From: Antedon mediterranea
Taxonomy: Eukaryota; Animalia; Echinodermata
DNA length: 64,000 nucleotides
Assembly (NCBI RefSeq): GCF_964355755.1
Contig: NC_092678.1
Location: forward strand, 20,105,365-20,169,364
Reading direction: 5' to 3'
Shown: positions 38,383 through 51,139 of the stretch, piece by piece
How the letters are laid out: each line of letters starts with the position of its first letter
Position numbering within the stretch: the first letter of the stretch is position 1
Position numbers and translations under genes: made by a program
The notes under the pieces: model-generated
What the model was told of the DNA's origin: nothing
Database searches by the model: none
Seen by the model: only the letters and a program-made list of their open reading frames with translations

Positions 38383-39130
38383 CTTGATTCCCACTTGAGG
38401 TAGAACTTAACATAAGAACGTATAACGCAACGCAATCAATTTGACCAATCATGTCGCGATGTAGCATCTAAACTATCAAATGGTCGGCTCACATGCGTTG
38501 CGCTTACATCATCATTGTGATAGAAACTGTGCTCAGCATATCTTGCGTTGCGCCTACGTCGTTGCGTTGCGTCAAACTTAAGTATCAAGTTGTGTTTCTT
38601 CGACAACAATTATATTATTATTATTATAAATGAGAGAATCCAGATCTACAACATGTGTTTTTATTAAGAAATAGACTATGAAAATATTAAGTGCGAATTA
38701 ATTAAAGCTTAGTGTTCTAAGCGTAACTATTTTTGTAAGTAATCACTACTAATACATCCATCTGTTTCAGTTTGCATTAATAATGTCTTGTCAACTCTGT
38801 TTTTAGCATTAAACATGTAATGTCAAAAACAGCTGCGATAAAATTTTGCTTATAGAGATTGGGTCCGTAAGGATGCGTCTACGTACTTGCGTTGAGTCTC
38901 ATGCTTTATATAGATTGGTTCCTACTAGGCCTGGATGCAACGCAAGCGCATCGCGAGTTAGTTGACCAATCACAAGTGACAGTTCGGATGATCCATCGCG
39001 TCAAGTTTTGTCAAATTACGCTTGGCTTCCACTAGAGACGCAACGACGACGTAACGCAACGTAAGTGATTTAACCAATCACAAGCGATTGATTATTCGGA
39101 CAGTAGCTTGCCATTGGTCAACTCACTTGC
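38383..39130. mobile_element. Cluster of degenerate or nested MITE family B copies
   Basis: Repeated ACGCAACGCAA, TTGACCAATCA and TTCC.ACTAG motifs at 38383-38580 and 38855-39130. Confidence 0.65.
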
Positions 39131-39319
39131 TTTTCTCATAGGAGGAAGTTTCCGTTCAGATACACATTTTGAAGATCATTTTCATCAGGATCTGCACAGT
39201 TTCATTCACTTTATTCGAGGAATTCATTTTAAAAAACAAGCCTAATCTTTAGAAGCAATAATAATATTCGTGTCACGCATCAGTAATTTTAGTTTGCACT
39301 AAGACATTAAACTAATGAA

Positions 39320-39500
39320 TACCTAATTAACAGTAACATATACAGGATAACAAAACTTACAAGAAGATTACAAAAAGTTATGGACACATAATTAGACTAC
39401 CAGATGAAACACCAATTAAACAAACTATGAAAGAAACGAAAAAGAAAGTAAACAGACCACCAGGAAGACAAAAAAAACTGGATAAACCAAATAATGATAA
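39320..39500 (+). pseudogene. RTE-like LINE ORF C-terminal remnant
   Basis: Plus-strand translation YGHIIRLPDETPIKQ...KVNRPPGRQKK(fs)WINQI matches the W.GH..R...RP.GR...W tail of RTE-clade proteins. Confidence 0.6.
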
Positions 39501-39610
39501 TAATGTATTAAAAGCCAATCTTGGACAAAAATGTGAATTTAAAACAGTACCATTGAAAAAAATCAATATCTAAAATCTGTCAGAATTTCTGATCAACGAC
39601 AATTTACTAA

Positions 39611-39786
39611 AGCTCTGTCTACACTATCAAACTAGTTTGACAAAAGAAAAGTGTGCCCTAATTTGGCTCACTTTTGAAGTGATATGCCCAAATATGGTAG
39701 TGATTTTCCCATATATGGTAGTGATATGACATACATAGGCACATCACATTTTCTGTCACTTAAAGTTTGATAGTGTAGACAGAGCT
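39611..39786. mobile_element. MITE family A with TAA TSD
   Basis: Perfect 21-bp TIRs and TAA on both sides. Confidence 0.92.
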
Positions 39787-40491
39787 TAAGTCAGTAAAAA
39801 TGAATGGAATTAAAAACTCTGGATTGTTTCACGTATACGTTTGATTAATTTAATGGTTTTTGCATTAAGTCAGAGATTCTAACAATTTATATCTTTTAAT
39901 ACATACTATTACTGTGCAGTTCAAAGGTCATTACAAAGATGTTTTTGTACAACAGTTTCGTCAATAATATAATTACATTTCTAAGAATGTCAAATGAAAC
40001 AATTTACAATCAACACAGGATTTATAATCATTTGCTTGAAGATAGGAATTACAATGTTTGACATTCTGGTTCACATAAACTTATGTCAAGTCATGATTCT
40101 GGATATCCTACCTTTGCAAGTGCATTGGAAAATGGAAAATAAATGTATATTTATTTAATTGAAAAAAGACCAATTCCAATTTCAATTTAAAAAAAATACA
40201 ATTATAAAGGCTAAACAATTCTAGAAAAAATAAATGTTATTAATGATAATAAATATATTTAATTATTATTATAATAGAAGTTTCTTTATTGTTAAAGGTA
40301 ATAAACGAAATTAGAAGGGCGTAATAGATTCGCCTATATTATGAACAAGTTATTGTTTGTTGTGTAAAGTAAATGCCCCAAATCTATGCTTAGAGATGCC
40401 TTTAGATATTCATCTGGACTTTCCCCAAGTATGTAGCTTACTTTATTGTCCTTTTTAGTTCATCACGTATGAAACGCCATATGTGCCAAAA

Positions 40492-40521
40492 TAGTCTGGG
40501 TTCCGTCTGGAACCCAGACTA
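40492..40521. repeat. 30-bp palindrome made of two left ends of the TAG...CTA family
   Basis: TAGTCTGGGTTCC-GTCT-GGAACCCAGACTA. Confidence 0.8.
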
Positions 40522-41067
40522 ATATTCCTCTTGCATTAAGAAAAAAATGAAAAACATAGAGCAATTTACACGAGTATTAAAAAAAATTTGAACGAAGCCT
40601 AGTCAGTGTGGCGGTCGGTCGACAAAGTCATTCACTTTCATCATTGTTACACAATTACAGTATATTTTATACGCGTTTCAATTTCTTAAACCCTCCAACA
40701 ATAATCTCCATTTTATAAAGTGCGTGCTTAAAATATGCAGTGCTTAATCCGACAACGAGGCATAGCATTAGGTAAGTTATTAAAGCAGCGTAAAGGTTGT
40801 GATTCGCAATATTGATAATTCGATATTCTAAGCCCATCAATTATTACTACTGTTGTTATGAAATATTTATCAACAATCCTTCAGAAATGCAATATTCAGG
40901 TGGAGGCATTTGCATAATAAGGGGTGATGAAGTCAGCCTGCAAAATCGCCTGATCGTGAAAAATATTCGAAGATCTATTATAGGCCTACAAAACATTTCA
41001 TAATATACAATCACAAAGGAATTAATTTTTACTCTCTGTTTTCACACCAATGTCAATCTAGGTGTCA

Positions 41068-42752
41068 TTATTACTTGGCAAAAAAGAATTTTGCCAAGTG
41101 TAGTATTCACTTTGTTACTTGGCCAAATTGAAAATTGGCCAAGTATGTTGATCTGTTTGGTTTGTGTGTTTGTTTGTTTGTCATCACTCTAGCGCTCACA
41201 GTTTTGATTCGAATGACTCCAAATTACTACCATACATGTCACCTGGTGCAAGGACGACACTGCCCAATTTTGGTTAAAATCTAGGCCACGGTCCCAATTC
41301 TGGACCACTTTTAAAAATTATTTTCAGACCTGCTAGTGTTAAAAGATAGGACAGAATTATCAAAAGCCGGTGAGCAGTCTTAAATTAACAAGTAAACTAA
41401 AATTGCATTTTCTTGAGAACTACTTGTCCAAAAAACTTCATTTTTGTACAAGAGGCAAGAGTTATAATTTGTGATTTGTAATTTTAAAACATAAGTTGAT
41501 TTAATATACAGGTTTTTTTATGCGAATAGTTTAAAAAACCTAATTCTTTTCAAATTCACCCTTGTGTTTGTCGCGTTGCTGTTCTATTGTTAGTCGACTG
41601 AAGCTATTGTTAGTTGAACATAACCTTTACACCAAACTCGTATACACATGATTGTAGTGAAATTAGCCTAAAATCACACAGCATAAGAAACACACTTTAG
41701 GTGAAAATTAGGTCAATGTCAGGAGGCCAATTTTGATTTGGCCAAGTATCGCGCTATGCGCGAAGGCTAGTTTGTATGTTTGTATGTTTGTTTGTTTGTT
41801 TGTTAGCACGATAGCGCCTACAGTTTTCAAGTTATCTTTCTGAATGTTTGGGTGTAGATAGGTATATACGTTCAGACCATGCCTATTAAAAATCAACAAA
41901 ATTATTTTATTAATAACTTCACAAATAACAAAAATGATATTATTTTCAGACCGGCTAGTGTTAAAAGATAGGAGACAATTTTCAAAAGCCGGCGAGCAGC
42001 AGTCTTAAAGTAACAAGTGTACTGAAATTGCATTTTCTCGAGAACTACTTGTCCAAAAAACATCATTTTTGTACAAGAGGCAAGATTTATAAATTGTGAT
42101 TTGTAATTTTTAAAACATAATTTGATTTAATGTACAGGTTTTTTGATACGAGTAGTTTTAAAAAACCTATTTCTTTTCAAATTCACCCGTCTGTTTTTCG
42201 CGTTGCTGTTCTATTGTTATTCAAATTAAACTATTGTTAGTTGATAATTAATTTTTTTAGTACTGTACTTGCGTGTGTCCTTCCTTATTTCATTCTGTAC
42301 ATAGGTATATATACTTACAGAACATGCCTATTAATTTTCAGAAAAACTGATATATTGGTCATGTCTCAAAAGCTTATCTTCCGTACGATATATTAAATAG
42401 CACGCATTCTGTCTTTTTTTAACATGAACATATTCTTTGATATGGACCAAAACATATAGTCGACTGGTCACGCGGTTAAGCTTACTACATGGGTTAAGGC
42501 AGAGGCGCCGCAAATCAGCACAGCTTCAAGACACTCCTCGACCATTATTCTGGTCAATCTTGATTTTAGAAAGGTCATTGTTGCAATGCCGGAATTGTTT
42601 GTATTACAAATTAATTAAACCAATTATTAACCTTAGCAGTATTTTAACCATGTAAAGCTAATACCTAAAGCAAAAATTGTATCTTTCAACATGCTTCCAG
42701 TCAGTGGATATATTTTGCCAAGTACTTCATTCAGTTTCTGAGTGCTTTCATT
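41068..42752 (+). mobile_element. Helentron-associated (HINE/DINE-1-like) element, outer copy
   Basis: 5' subTIR TACTTGGCAAAA with adjacent inverted TTTTGCCAAGT, a (GTTT)n tract, 3' subTIR TTTTGCCAAGTA and hairpin CATTCAG-TTT-CTGAGTG. Confidence 0.75.
41114..41771 (+). mobile_element. HINE-like element nested in a relative
   Basis: TACTTGGCCAA/TTGGCCAAGTA 5' structure, (GTTT)n, 3' TTGGCCAAGTA + TCGCGC-TAT-GCGCGA hairpin + CTAGT; ~300 bp shared with the outer copy (41320-41620 vs 41940-42245). Confidence 0.78.
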
Positions 42753-43120
42753 TTCCCATATCAGACGATTTCTTAAATAGAGCGTACATCATGCGCGTAA
42801 TTCCAAAGTTGAATTTAGCGCCAAATATTAGATTGTACACGTGATTTCTCCATACGATAATAAACTCTAGATACAGAATCAAGAAAGAAAAAACAAACGA
42901 TAATATACGGGGTACTCGCGATATGTATTTTAATCACATGCGATAATAAAGTGCGCCTTACGCGATGCACCCATCCATCCCAGAGAGTAGAATCTCACGT
43001 TGTACAAAGCGTTTGGACATTCGGATCCAGGCAATGCAACCTTTATTTTACAACTGTTAAAATCATGAATCGGTGGCCTGTCAACCTATAATAATAATAA
43101 TGAAACATAATACCAAAACC

Positions 43121-43252
43121 ATGGTTCCAACTAGGACGCAATGCATCGATGTAGGCGCAACGCAAGTCAGTTGACCAATCACAAGCGACAGAGAGATGAT
43201 CCATCGCGTCATGATTGGTCAACTTGTAGTACGCTTGCGGAATAGGGATCAA
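43121..43252. mobile_element. MITE family B
   Basis: TGGTTCCAACTAGGACGCAA...GACCAATCACAAGCGA...GATTGGTCAA. Confidence 0.75.
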
Positions 43253-43587
43253 GAGAGATTTCCGTTGTCGTCCTAAGAATGTTGCCAATCGCCCTTTAAA
43301 AAACTAATTTGCAGTTCTGATTACAATGTTTGAAATTGATTACCGCTTCTTAATTAATTGACCTAAAAAGGTAAACATGTAATGCAGTTAATTGGGAAAA
43401 GTAAACAAAGTTAATGAACACCCTAATGCTATGTCTATAAATGTATTTATTCGACAAATCTCGTGGCGTAATTAATACCAGTGCATCGTCACAGATAATG
43501 TTTAAACAATATTAGTGAATAGATTAATTGGTTATTGTAAGGTGTTGATTTATTCTGCTTTGATGGTTTTTGAAGAATGGTTACTTT

Positions 43588-43711
43588 TTAGTTGCGTGCA
43601 AAACGCGACTCTAGAGCTCACTATGTCGGTCGGTTGGTTTGTTGGTCGGTCGGTCGGTAAACACTAACTCAAATTTGAGCACGCGACTGTAGCCTTGTAT
43701 ATGGCCTTGTT
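43588..43711 (+). mobile_element. Miniature HINE/DINE-1-like element
   Basis: TTAGTTGCGTG..ACGCGACT, (GTCG/GTTG)n microsatellite, 3' CACGCGACT, GCC-tgtata-GGC hairpin and TTGTT end. Confidence 0.7.
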
Positions 43712-44191
43712 TTAGTTGAACCAAATAAATAAATCATCTTTATCGTCTTAATCTAATCATTTTCATTATCATCCCTATAATTTATTTTCTACATTATTAT
43801 TATCATAATTTTTTCATCATTATTCTCGTCTTAATCAGAATCCCTATAAAAAGAGACACTTATAAAGATAGGGGTTCCGTTTACGCGCGAAACACCGGTA
43901 TGGTGTCCCCTAAATAGGGGTTGTACGATAGAAGGGATTCTGCTGTAATTTTCTCCTATTTTTTTTCTTCTTTTTTTTGTATTTATATGGTGTTTTTTTT
44001 TTATTAATGTTGAAATATCACGAACTTGTGTTGATTGAACGATGGGTGCTGCTGTACATCAGAATTTCATCATTATTTATACTCGTCACTTGGACGCGGT
44101 ATAACAATGTACTGATCTTATCAATTTAGCATCAACATTGTTATACATTATCATTTGTATTGTAAATTTATTTGGTGGAAATTAAAAAGAA

Positions 44192-44382
44192 GTTGTCAAT
44201 TTACACAGACGAGCGGTAACGGTAAGCGGAAAAGCGCGTATAGCTTGTCCCACGTAGAATCTGTCTCTATCCTGAGTGGAAGCCACCCGTTCACTCATTG
44301 TGTGTAAATGCAGGTTTATAAGGAATAACATAGATTCTATTTTGTATTACCGTTACTGCTCGTCTGTGTAAAGTGGCCTTTA
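44192..44382. mobile_element. MITE family D
   Basis: TTTACACAGACGAGCGGTAACGGTAA...TTACCGTTACTGCTCGTCTGTGTAAA inverted termini; homologous to 20663-20840. Confidence 0.7.
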
Positions 44383-45005
44383 CTCGAGTTTGGAAACATT
44401 TATCTTGTATTGTTATCCAAACTGTCGCCATTTTGAAGTTATTAGACAGTATTGGGTTAGGTATATAGGCAATAAGTAACGGCGACACATGATTGCATAT
44501 ATTCTAATCGAAAATGATAATATTGATAATGTTGTTGTTACTCTAGGTATTCTACGACTCGGCAAAAGTAATCAATGTTTATACGATCGAAACGAAAATT
44601 ACAATATAACCAGATATGCAGAATGACAGTTATTTGGTAAATTTCTTTGGCTTCTTGAACTTCCGCCATAGTGTTCAGAAATGAATGATAACATAATTAC
44701 AATACTCGTCAAGTGTCGATGTGGGTGTGGGGGTGTGCCTGGGATGGGGAAAGAATACAAATTGGGTGGGGAGGTATATGATTATCAAAAATAATCTAAC
44801 AAAGGATGCTGATCTTGAGATCAAATGGTTTATCTGTGGCTTCGACACGATCATTTTCAGACACAGCGCGCCGCGGAGAGAATATGTACATAGTTCAGTA
44901 CTATGGTATTTGTCGCAGCCAGACATAAGATCAAAAGACTGTACGAGTTCCTATTTGGCAAGGCGAGCTCAGTGTTCTGTTGTTAGATTGCCTAACAACC
45001 TGGTA

Positions 45006-45176
45006 CAGTAGAACCTCTCTTTTTGGACACCACTTTTAAAAGGACACAGCTAGGGGACACCTCAACCGTGAAGCTAACGAGACTGAGATATACAGTATTT
45101 ACACTATACGGACAGCTGCCAATTCAAGGGTACAGCTCTCTTAGGGGACAGTTGGGTCACAAAGGTGTCCCCCTAA
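45006..45176. mobile_element. Tigger-like MITE (family T), right end lost
   Basis: TA|CAGTAGAACCTCTC...GGACAC repeats...GGTGTCCCC. Confidence 0.55.
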
Positions 45177-45855
45177 TTGTACAACACACACGGGGCGCAA
45201 CACCCTTTGTATGGTGCGCCCCATGTGCGTAAACTCAGGAGTTTTTCTAGGCGATGTAAAAGGGGCGTGTATATATAGGTAATGTTATACACACGGGCTT
45301 CCCATTCAATTATGTTTCATCAATGTGTTTTTCTTGTAAATTGCCCGAACGCTCTATCTGCTAAACAGTCATTTGTTGATTTCAATATGCAGAGTGACAA
45401 TAATGATCAATGCTACAAAAGGTCAAATAGAAGGCGTGACCTTACACTCGGAAGATGTAATTAATTGACGCAATAAATTAATCGTCACTACACAATTAAT
45501 CAAGACACTATATTCTATTAATAGCTAGTAAAGTAAACAGAAAAGTGGGTCAATTTTAATATTTTATGTCGCAGTGCATGGTTCCTCATACTTTTAAGAT
45601 ATTTCGGCAAACGTATCAGGAAATGTCTGCGTTAACAAAACATTTTTAATGAACTTGAAAATGGCTATTCCTCCCTCCAGTTGCCTAATTGTTTATGGGC
45701 GTCCGTGCGTATAGTAAAGATCGATAAACATGACTTCATTACAACATGATGTGAATGAGACCGCTTGCTATTCACACGGAATGGATACTTTCTATTATTA
45801 TTACTATGGCACATGCAATACAACGTTTCAATTTCCGTCGTGAATCCTTCACTAA

Positions 45856-46024
45856 AGCTTTGTCTACATTTACAAAATAATGTGTGATGTGCACAAATAT
45901 GGTAGTGATATTTCCAAATATTGTAGTGATATGCCAAAATATTGTAGTGATATGACATCATCATGTCCATATATGGGCACATAATATTTTTTGTCACATG
46001 AAGTTTGATAGTGTAGACAAAACT
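45856..46024. mobile_element. MITE family A with TAA TSD
   Basis: TIRs and three internal 21-bp units. Confidence 0.88.
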
Positions 46025-46769
46025 TAAGGCCCAATATAGGTCCAAAGTATTATCGAAAGCACATAAGCAAAAGTAACGCCCTAGAAAGAGGTAAATATAG
46101 GCCTACAAATGAATAGCATGGAACACGATTTTAAACATTAATCACTTCAAACGTTGGCATTTTATTTGTAGTTAATACAATATTTATACTTTTTAATTAT
46201 GTTCTAGCAAAGTAAAGTCAAATTTCTAATCATGAACCAATAAACCTTCAATTCACCTTAAAATAAGTACACGATGCAGTAAGTGAAATATAGCGCGTAC
46301 AACGTAAATTTTAAAGCGCATGATACTAGGAGGAAAACTCATATAATGCAATATTTGTTTATACAGACCAAGAATCTGGTTCATTACATGCAATATACTT
46401 AACATTCCGTTCGTCTAATGCACTTTTTATCATGTATTGACAGCTATTAATACTGATATCGGGGGATATCGGAAAAAAAACAAAACAACCGAACGTGGCG
46501 AAACGGTAACTGAAGCTGACTTTTTGACGTAACATTATATTTTATCATCGACCGGCGAGAGCCCCTAGGGTCAATATCATCTCGAGTATTATCAATAAAG
46601 AGTACACTGCGAAACGGTTTGAATACGCAATTGATTCGGCTATTCAGAATTATTAACATTATCGTGTTAATAAAACTATACTCATGTTTATTGTAAGGAT
46701 TAATACTTTGTATCAAATGTATAGTAGAATGTAATCGATATTTACATGCCGTAGCATCTTTTATACTGT

Positions 46770-47525
46770 AGCTGAAAACACGAGTTATTCGCGTGTATTT
46801 TTCAAGCGAACTTGAGAAACAGAGCACAGAAATGCATCAATATTGATGATCCACGATAAAATCCTTTAGCTTAAAATACGAGTTATTCGCGTTTATTTTT
46901 CAAGAAAACTTGAGAAACAGGCAGCCACCAATATTGATGCACCACGATAAAATCCTTTAGCTAAAAACGCGAGTTACATGCGTGTATTTTTAAGCGAACT
47001 CGAGAAAGAGAGTACAGAAAGCCATCAATATTGATGCACCACTTTAAAATCCTTTAGCTAAAACACGAGTTACTCGCGTGTATTTTTCAAGCGACCTCGA
47101 GAAACAGAGTACAGAAAGCCAACAATATTGATGCACCACAAGTAAGAGAGTGTATAAATTGATGTACCATTGGTAAAATCCTTAGCTAAAACTAAGCACG
47201 AGTTACTTGCGCGTGTATTTTCTAAGCTAACTCGAGAAAGAAAGTGTAGGCCTACTGTATAAACTTATATCGATGTACCATTGGTAAATTAGCTGAAAAC
47301 GCGATTTACTCGCGTGTTTTCAAGAAAATTTGAGAAACAGACTGTAGAAAGCCATGTCATATTGATGCACCATCTGTAGATCCTTTTTATGAACCTCAAG
47401 CGCGAGTTACTCGCGTGTATTTTTCAAGCAAAATCCAGACCGAGGTAGATTAAAAACAATATTACACATTCCACCTGGTAATAGTATAACATAAATAAAT
47501 CCTATGAAAACGCGAGTTACTATTA
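46770..47525. repeat. ~93-110-bp tandem repeat, about eight units, with two internal palindromes
   Basis: Unit AGCTAAAACACGAGTTACTCGCGTGTATTTTTCAAGCGAACTCGAGAAACAGAG..CAGAAAGCCATCAATATTGATGCACCAC..TAAAATCCTTT. Confidence 0.9.
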
Positions 47526-47781
47526 AATGAACACGAGAAAGATAATCAACACATTTGAGGCAATATATTGTGTTATATTACTTTCGTCCTGTCACCAAAA
47601 ATTGGCAGGTTCGAATCAGTTTACATGCGAGCATGTAATTTATTACGCAGAATGCTATATGTATCAATAGAAAGTTCCTTTAATTTCTAAATTTATATAA
47701 TATTACTTTATTAAATATTAATAATGCTATCAAGGATAATGGATAACATACTGTAGACGTAATCCGAAGTGAAGTATTACA

Positions 47782-48480
47782 ACTTACCGTTGAATTGATT
47801 CCACACGTTTTCTCTATCTGTCATCCCTTCAAAAACATTTTCAATTTACGAGACCAGACGGCAATTTGTAATCGCCTGCACTCTACCTGGACACAATAGG
47901 TTAATCCAGTATTTATCAAGTGCAACAGAATAAAGTTGTTTTTTTTTTCAGCAACAATCGTTTTCGTAAATTTCCTCTTCGTCAAGAATTGATTACAAAA
48001 TGGTGCAACAGTATTAATTCCGAAAGGTTAGGCCTAATGTTGACGAGGATGCAATCATGAAATGAGAACAGTGCCTATCAAGTCTCGTGGCGGTATTCCA
48101 GATATGTTTGGTATGTTTAGGCCTATACGAGCAAAGCCGAGTAGTTCCATCTCCGCATGAGTGTTGCCTGAAACGAGAGAACAGATGCAATGCATATAGA
48201 AATTAATTATTTCATAACCTTCTCGTTATTATTGTTAACGCCGATGCGAGCGAGTTTATTATGGAGTATATTGATTCTGTACCAACGTAAAGAAACTCGC
48301 TCGCTCGTGTGTATCTTATCGTGTAAACGAAAAGCGAACAGTAATCCTTACATGCTAAAGATAAGAATGAAACATCTATCGACTTTATTCCACGAGAGCT
48401 GCAGCCGAGTAACACTTCGAGTACTCCCGAAGGATTCGCGGGCTTATGGAAATTAGCTATGACGTCACTACCCGCTGGGA
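47782..48480 (-). promoter_or_regulatory. Candidate promoter and non-coding first exon of MYND paralogue 2
   Basis: CpG-rich stretch, palindromic CRE TGACGTCA at 48460-48467 and a consensus donor ACG|GTAAGT at 47788/47787. The link to the acceptor at 35532 is inferred. Confidence 0.3.
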
Positions 48481-49079
48481 CGCCAAGGTGATATCAGAAG
48501 TCATGTATTATCAAATTCGTAAATTAAAATAATGAAAGTGTTTTAATAAAATCATAGATACGATAATACGTTTTTAAAAAGATTATAAATTATGAAGCGC
48601 ATGAATATATTACATTTTATGCAAATTCAAACGATTAAGGGTACTTAGCTACGATCAAAGTAATTAAGAATACGATCTAGTGAATGCAAGAAGTAGGCAA
48701 ATGGTTTACTGTAAACATTTATTTTTACGACCTAAGGCGTATTGTTGCTGTATTTCAATATTCGCGATACAAAAATATTTTTAGATTAGGCCTATTGTTA
48801 AAAATTGCAAAGAGTCTGTAACCCAATTTATATTTTGCGGATATTAATGTTTGCTATTTTATAAAATCATCAACGTTTTACGCGGTCTTTGATGTGTCAC
48901 AATAATTTCATGATTTTGATAAAAAATATTATTATTAAGAATCCATTTATTTTCTTAAAGGTAAAAGGTAGGCCCTAAAGGTAATTATCTTAGTCCTCAA
49001 GCTTATGGAACTGAAGAGATTCGGATTAGGCCCTCTACGGACCCACGGCAGCCAGAAGTTTAGCGCCTACCACCAGATC

Positions 49080-49165
49080 AGCACACCGGGAGACGATCCC
49101 CATCTCTTTTCGAATAGTGTACTAAGTTTTTTAACGTGCACTGTTAAGTACACGGGACCTTTATG
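49080..49165 (-). mobile_element. SINE core fragment related to 16650-16880
   Basis: TCGAATAGTGTACTAAGTTTTTTAACGTGCAC...ACACGGGACCT. Confidence 0.45.
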
Positions 49166-49589
49166 TTGGTCGCGCGGTGCGCAGATATTTTGCCAACGTT
49201 GTCATGTTCCAATTTTATGTATAAAAGGTGTTTATTGTGTTCATTTTCTAAATTTCACTGGGCAAATTCATTCAATAAAAGTATACCCAAAGTAAGGATC
49301 ATACAAAAACAAACGGTGCATGCTGGGATGAGGTCTAAATGTATTTCGGAAATCTGTAGACTCTTAGTATACAACTGTGTGAATTGATGATAAGCACGCT
49401 CCCCTGGGTTATCAATTTAAACAAAATAAATAAATATTACAGTATAATGTTAATAGTAGTTCTACCTCGCACTATTCATGTGCATGCGTTAAGTTATGAG
49501 TGATAAAACAAAAGTACAGTTACGTAATAGTAATAGTACAATTCAGCCCTCTGTAGTTGTATGTCTTTCGAGTTTAGGGAATAATCAAT

Positions 49590-49660
49590 AATGTGCACAA
49601 CAAGCAAACAAATATGGCGGCTGGCTCGCGGAGAGGAAGCGTATCACTCATCGCTTAATT
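49590..49660 (+). promoter_or_regulatory. Putative TUSC2 core promoter/TSS region
   Basis: YY1-like AATATGGCGGC (49611-49621) in a short GC-rich patch ~150 bp before the ATG. Confidence 0.4.
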
Positions 49661-49766
49661 TATTAACTCATTAAGTAATTATCTTGTTATATAAAGTTAT
49701 TTTTAGACGAATGACAGAAATACGGAAACGAGATAATAAGACTACTAATATATTTGGTTGACGTTC

Positions 49767-49960
49767 ATGGGAGGCTGGGTTTCTGTTGTATGTATAACGA
49801 TGTGGAAAACGTTCATCTCTGGTCCAGCCCGCTGGCTGAAGAGAAAAACACTTCGCAGCAATGGCAATGGAGATGATTCGCCTCCGCCCGGTAAAGATAA
49901 ACGCAACAATAAATCGCTAGCTCGTGCAAAGGCTGCCCCATGGGTGAGGAAACGGAGAAG
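49767..49960 (+). CDS. TUSC2: TUSC2/FUS1 orthologue, coding exon 1
   Basis: MGGWVS (MGxxxS myristoylation pattern)...AAPWVRKRR aligns with the PPFVFTRR of TUSC2; donor AG|GTTAGT, phase 2. Confidence 0.85.
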
Positions 49961-50294
49961 GTTAGTTTATCAACATGATTGTATTTAATGTATGCCAACA
50001 TTTAAAAATGTATGAACAATCTTTGACTAATAATTATTTACATTTACATATAATTAACAGTCTAGCTAGGCATCTCTCTCTAGGCTAGGTAGTGGTAGGG
50101 GCCTAGCCTCTCTATTATATTATAGGCTGGTATGATAGAGAATAGATTATTCTAGAAACTAGACTAGGCTAGCCTATCTTTAGGCTGCTGTAGTTAGCGT
50201 AGCTAGTATCTACAGTACAGTAGTCCAGTCTATTATAAGGACTTTCCTAGATAGATAGATTGAATAGAATATTTTCACCTACAAATTAGGCCTA

Positions 50295-51139
50295 GGGTAG
50301 GGGGTGCGGTACTCGGACGGTTAACACTATAATGTACACAATTGCTAAAATTGTACATTTAGACAAACTTTTAGAATTTTAATAGAAACTTACAAATATA
50401 ACTGTAATAATAATTTAGTGTCGCCAAAAACAGCAACTAAATTCATATCTAGAAGGGCCCTGGATTACCTAGGCCTTCAAGGATCGGTACTCGGACGCGT
50501 TTTTTGGTACTCGGACGCCCTCAATGTTTTGTTTATATTTCACATTATTTCATTAAAAAAAATTTTTTTTTTTTTAAATATACAAATATAATCATTTTAT
50601 TCTTTATATTTACAAAAAATTATTTATAATATTTGATTTTTATAGAGATATTGAATTACTTTAAAAAATGCGATCCACTAATTAATTTTAGTGATTAATG
50701 AGCTTAATTCAATGTTTTTATATATAGCGCCACCTACTGTCCGACTTCTAAAACAGGGGTACCATTTTGGTTCTTGGTATTTGAAGCCCTCTATCAGCCA
50801 TATCCACGTGTAGCGTGTAGTATTAAAATCAAATTTTGGGTTACTTTTATACATTTTAAATAAGTTTGGTGTAGATTTTATAGACCTATGACCTTATAAG
50901 TTTCTTTAAAAACCCAAAATCACGTGTGACCTTGAACTTTACCTTACATAAATTATTGGTTTTAGAAGCGATGTTCATGGAAAATTGTAATTTTTTTTGG
51001 TTACCCAGCGACGTGACATCGGTAATGAATAATTCATGAGGAAAAATTATTTGATTGGTCAATATTTTATACATATTCATAAGTAAACAGTGTCACGTGG
51101 CCGACTAACAACAATGTCCGAGTAGCGCGCCCTCTACCC
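50295..51139. mobile_element. 845-bp non-autonomous DNA transposon with TA flanks (Tc1/mariner-like, unclassified) in TUSC2 intron 1
   Basis: TA|GGGTAGGGGGTGCGGTACTCGGAC...GTCCGAGTAGCGCGCCCTCTACCC|TA; internal GGTACTCGGACG repeats at ~50486-50517. Confidence 0.8.

Noticed and set aside
39500-40140. Decayed coding-like sequence (KANLGQKCEFKTVPL...) interrupted by a MITE, briefly considered as a Fanzor/TnpB-like or viral relic
   Set aside because: Many stops and frameshifts and no catalytic motif visible; only BLASTX or an HMM search could support it.
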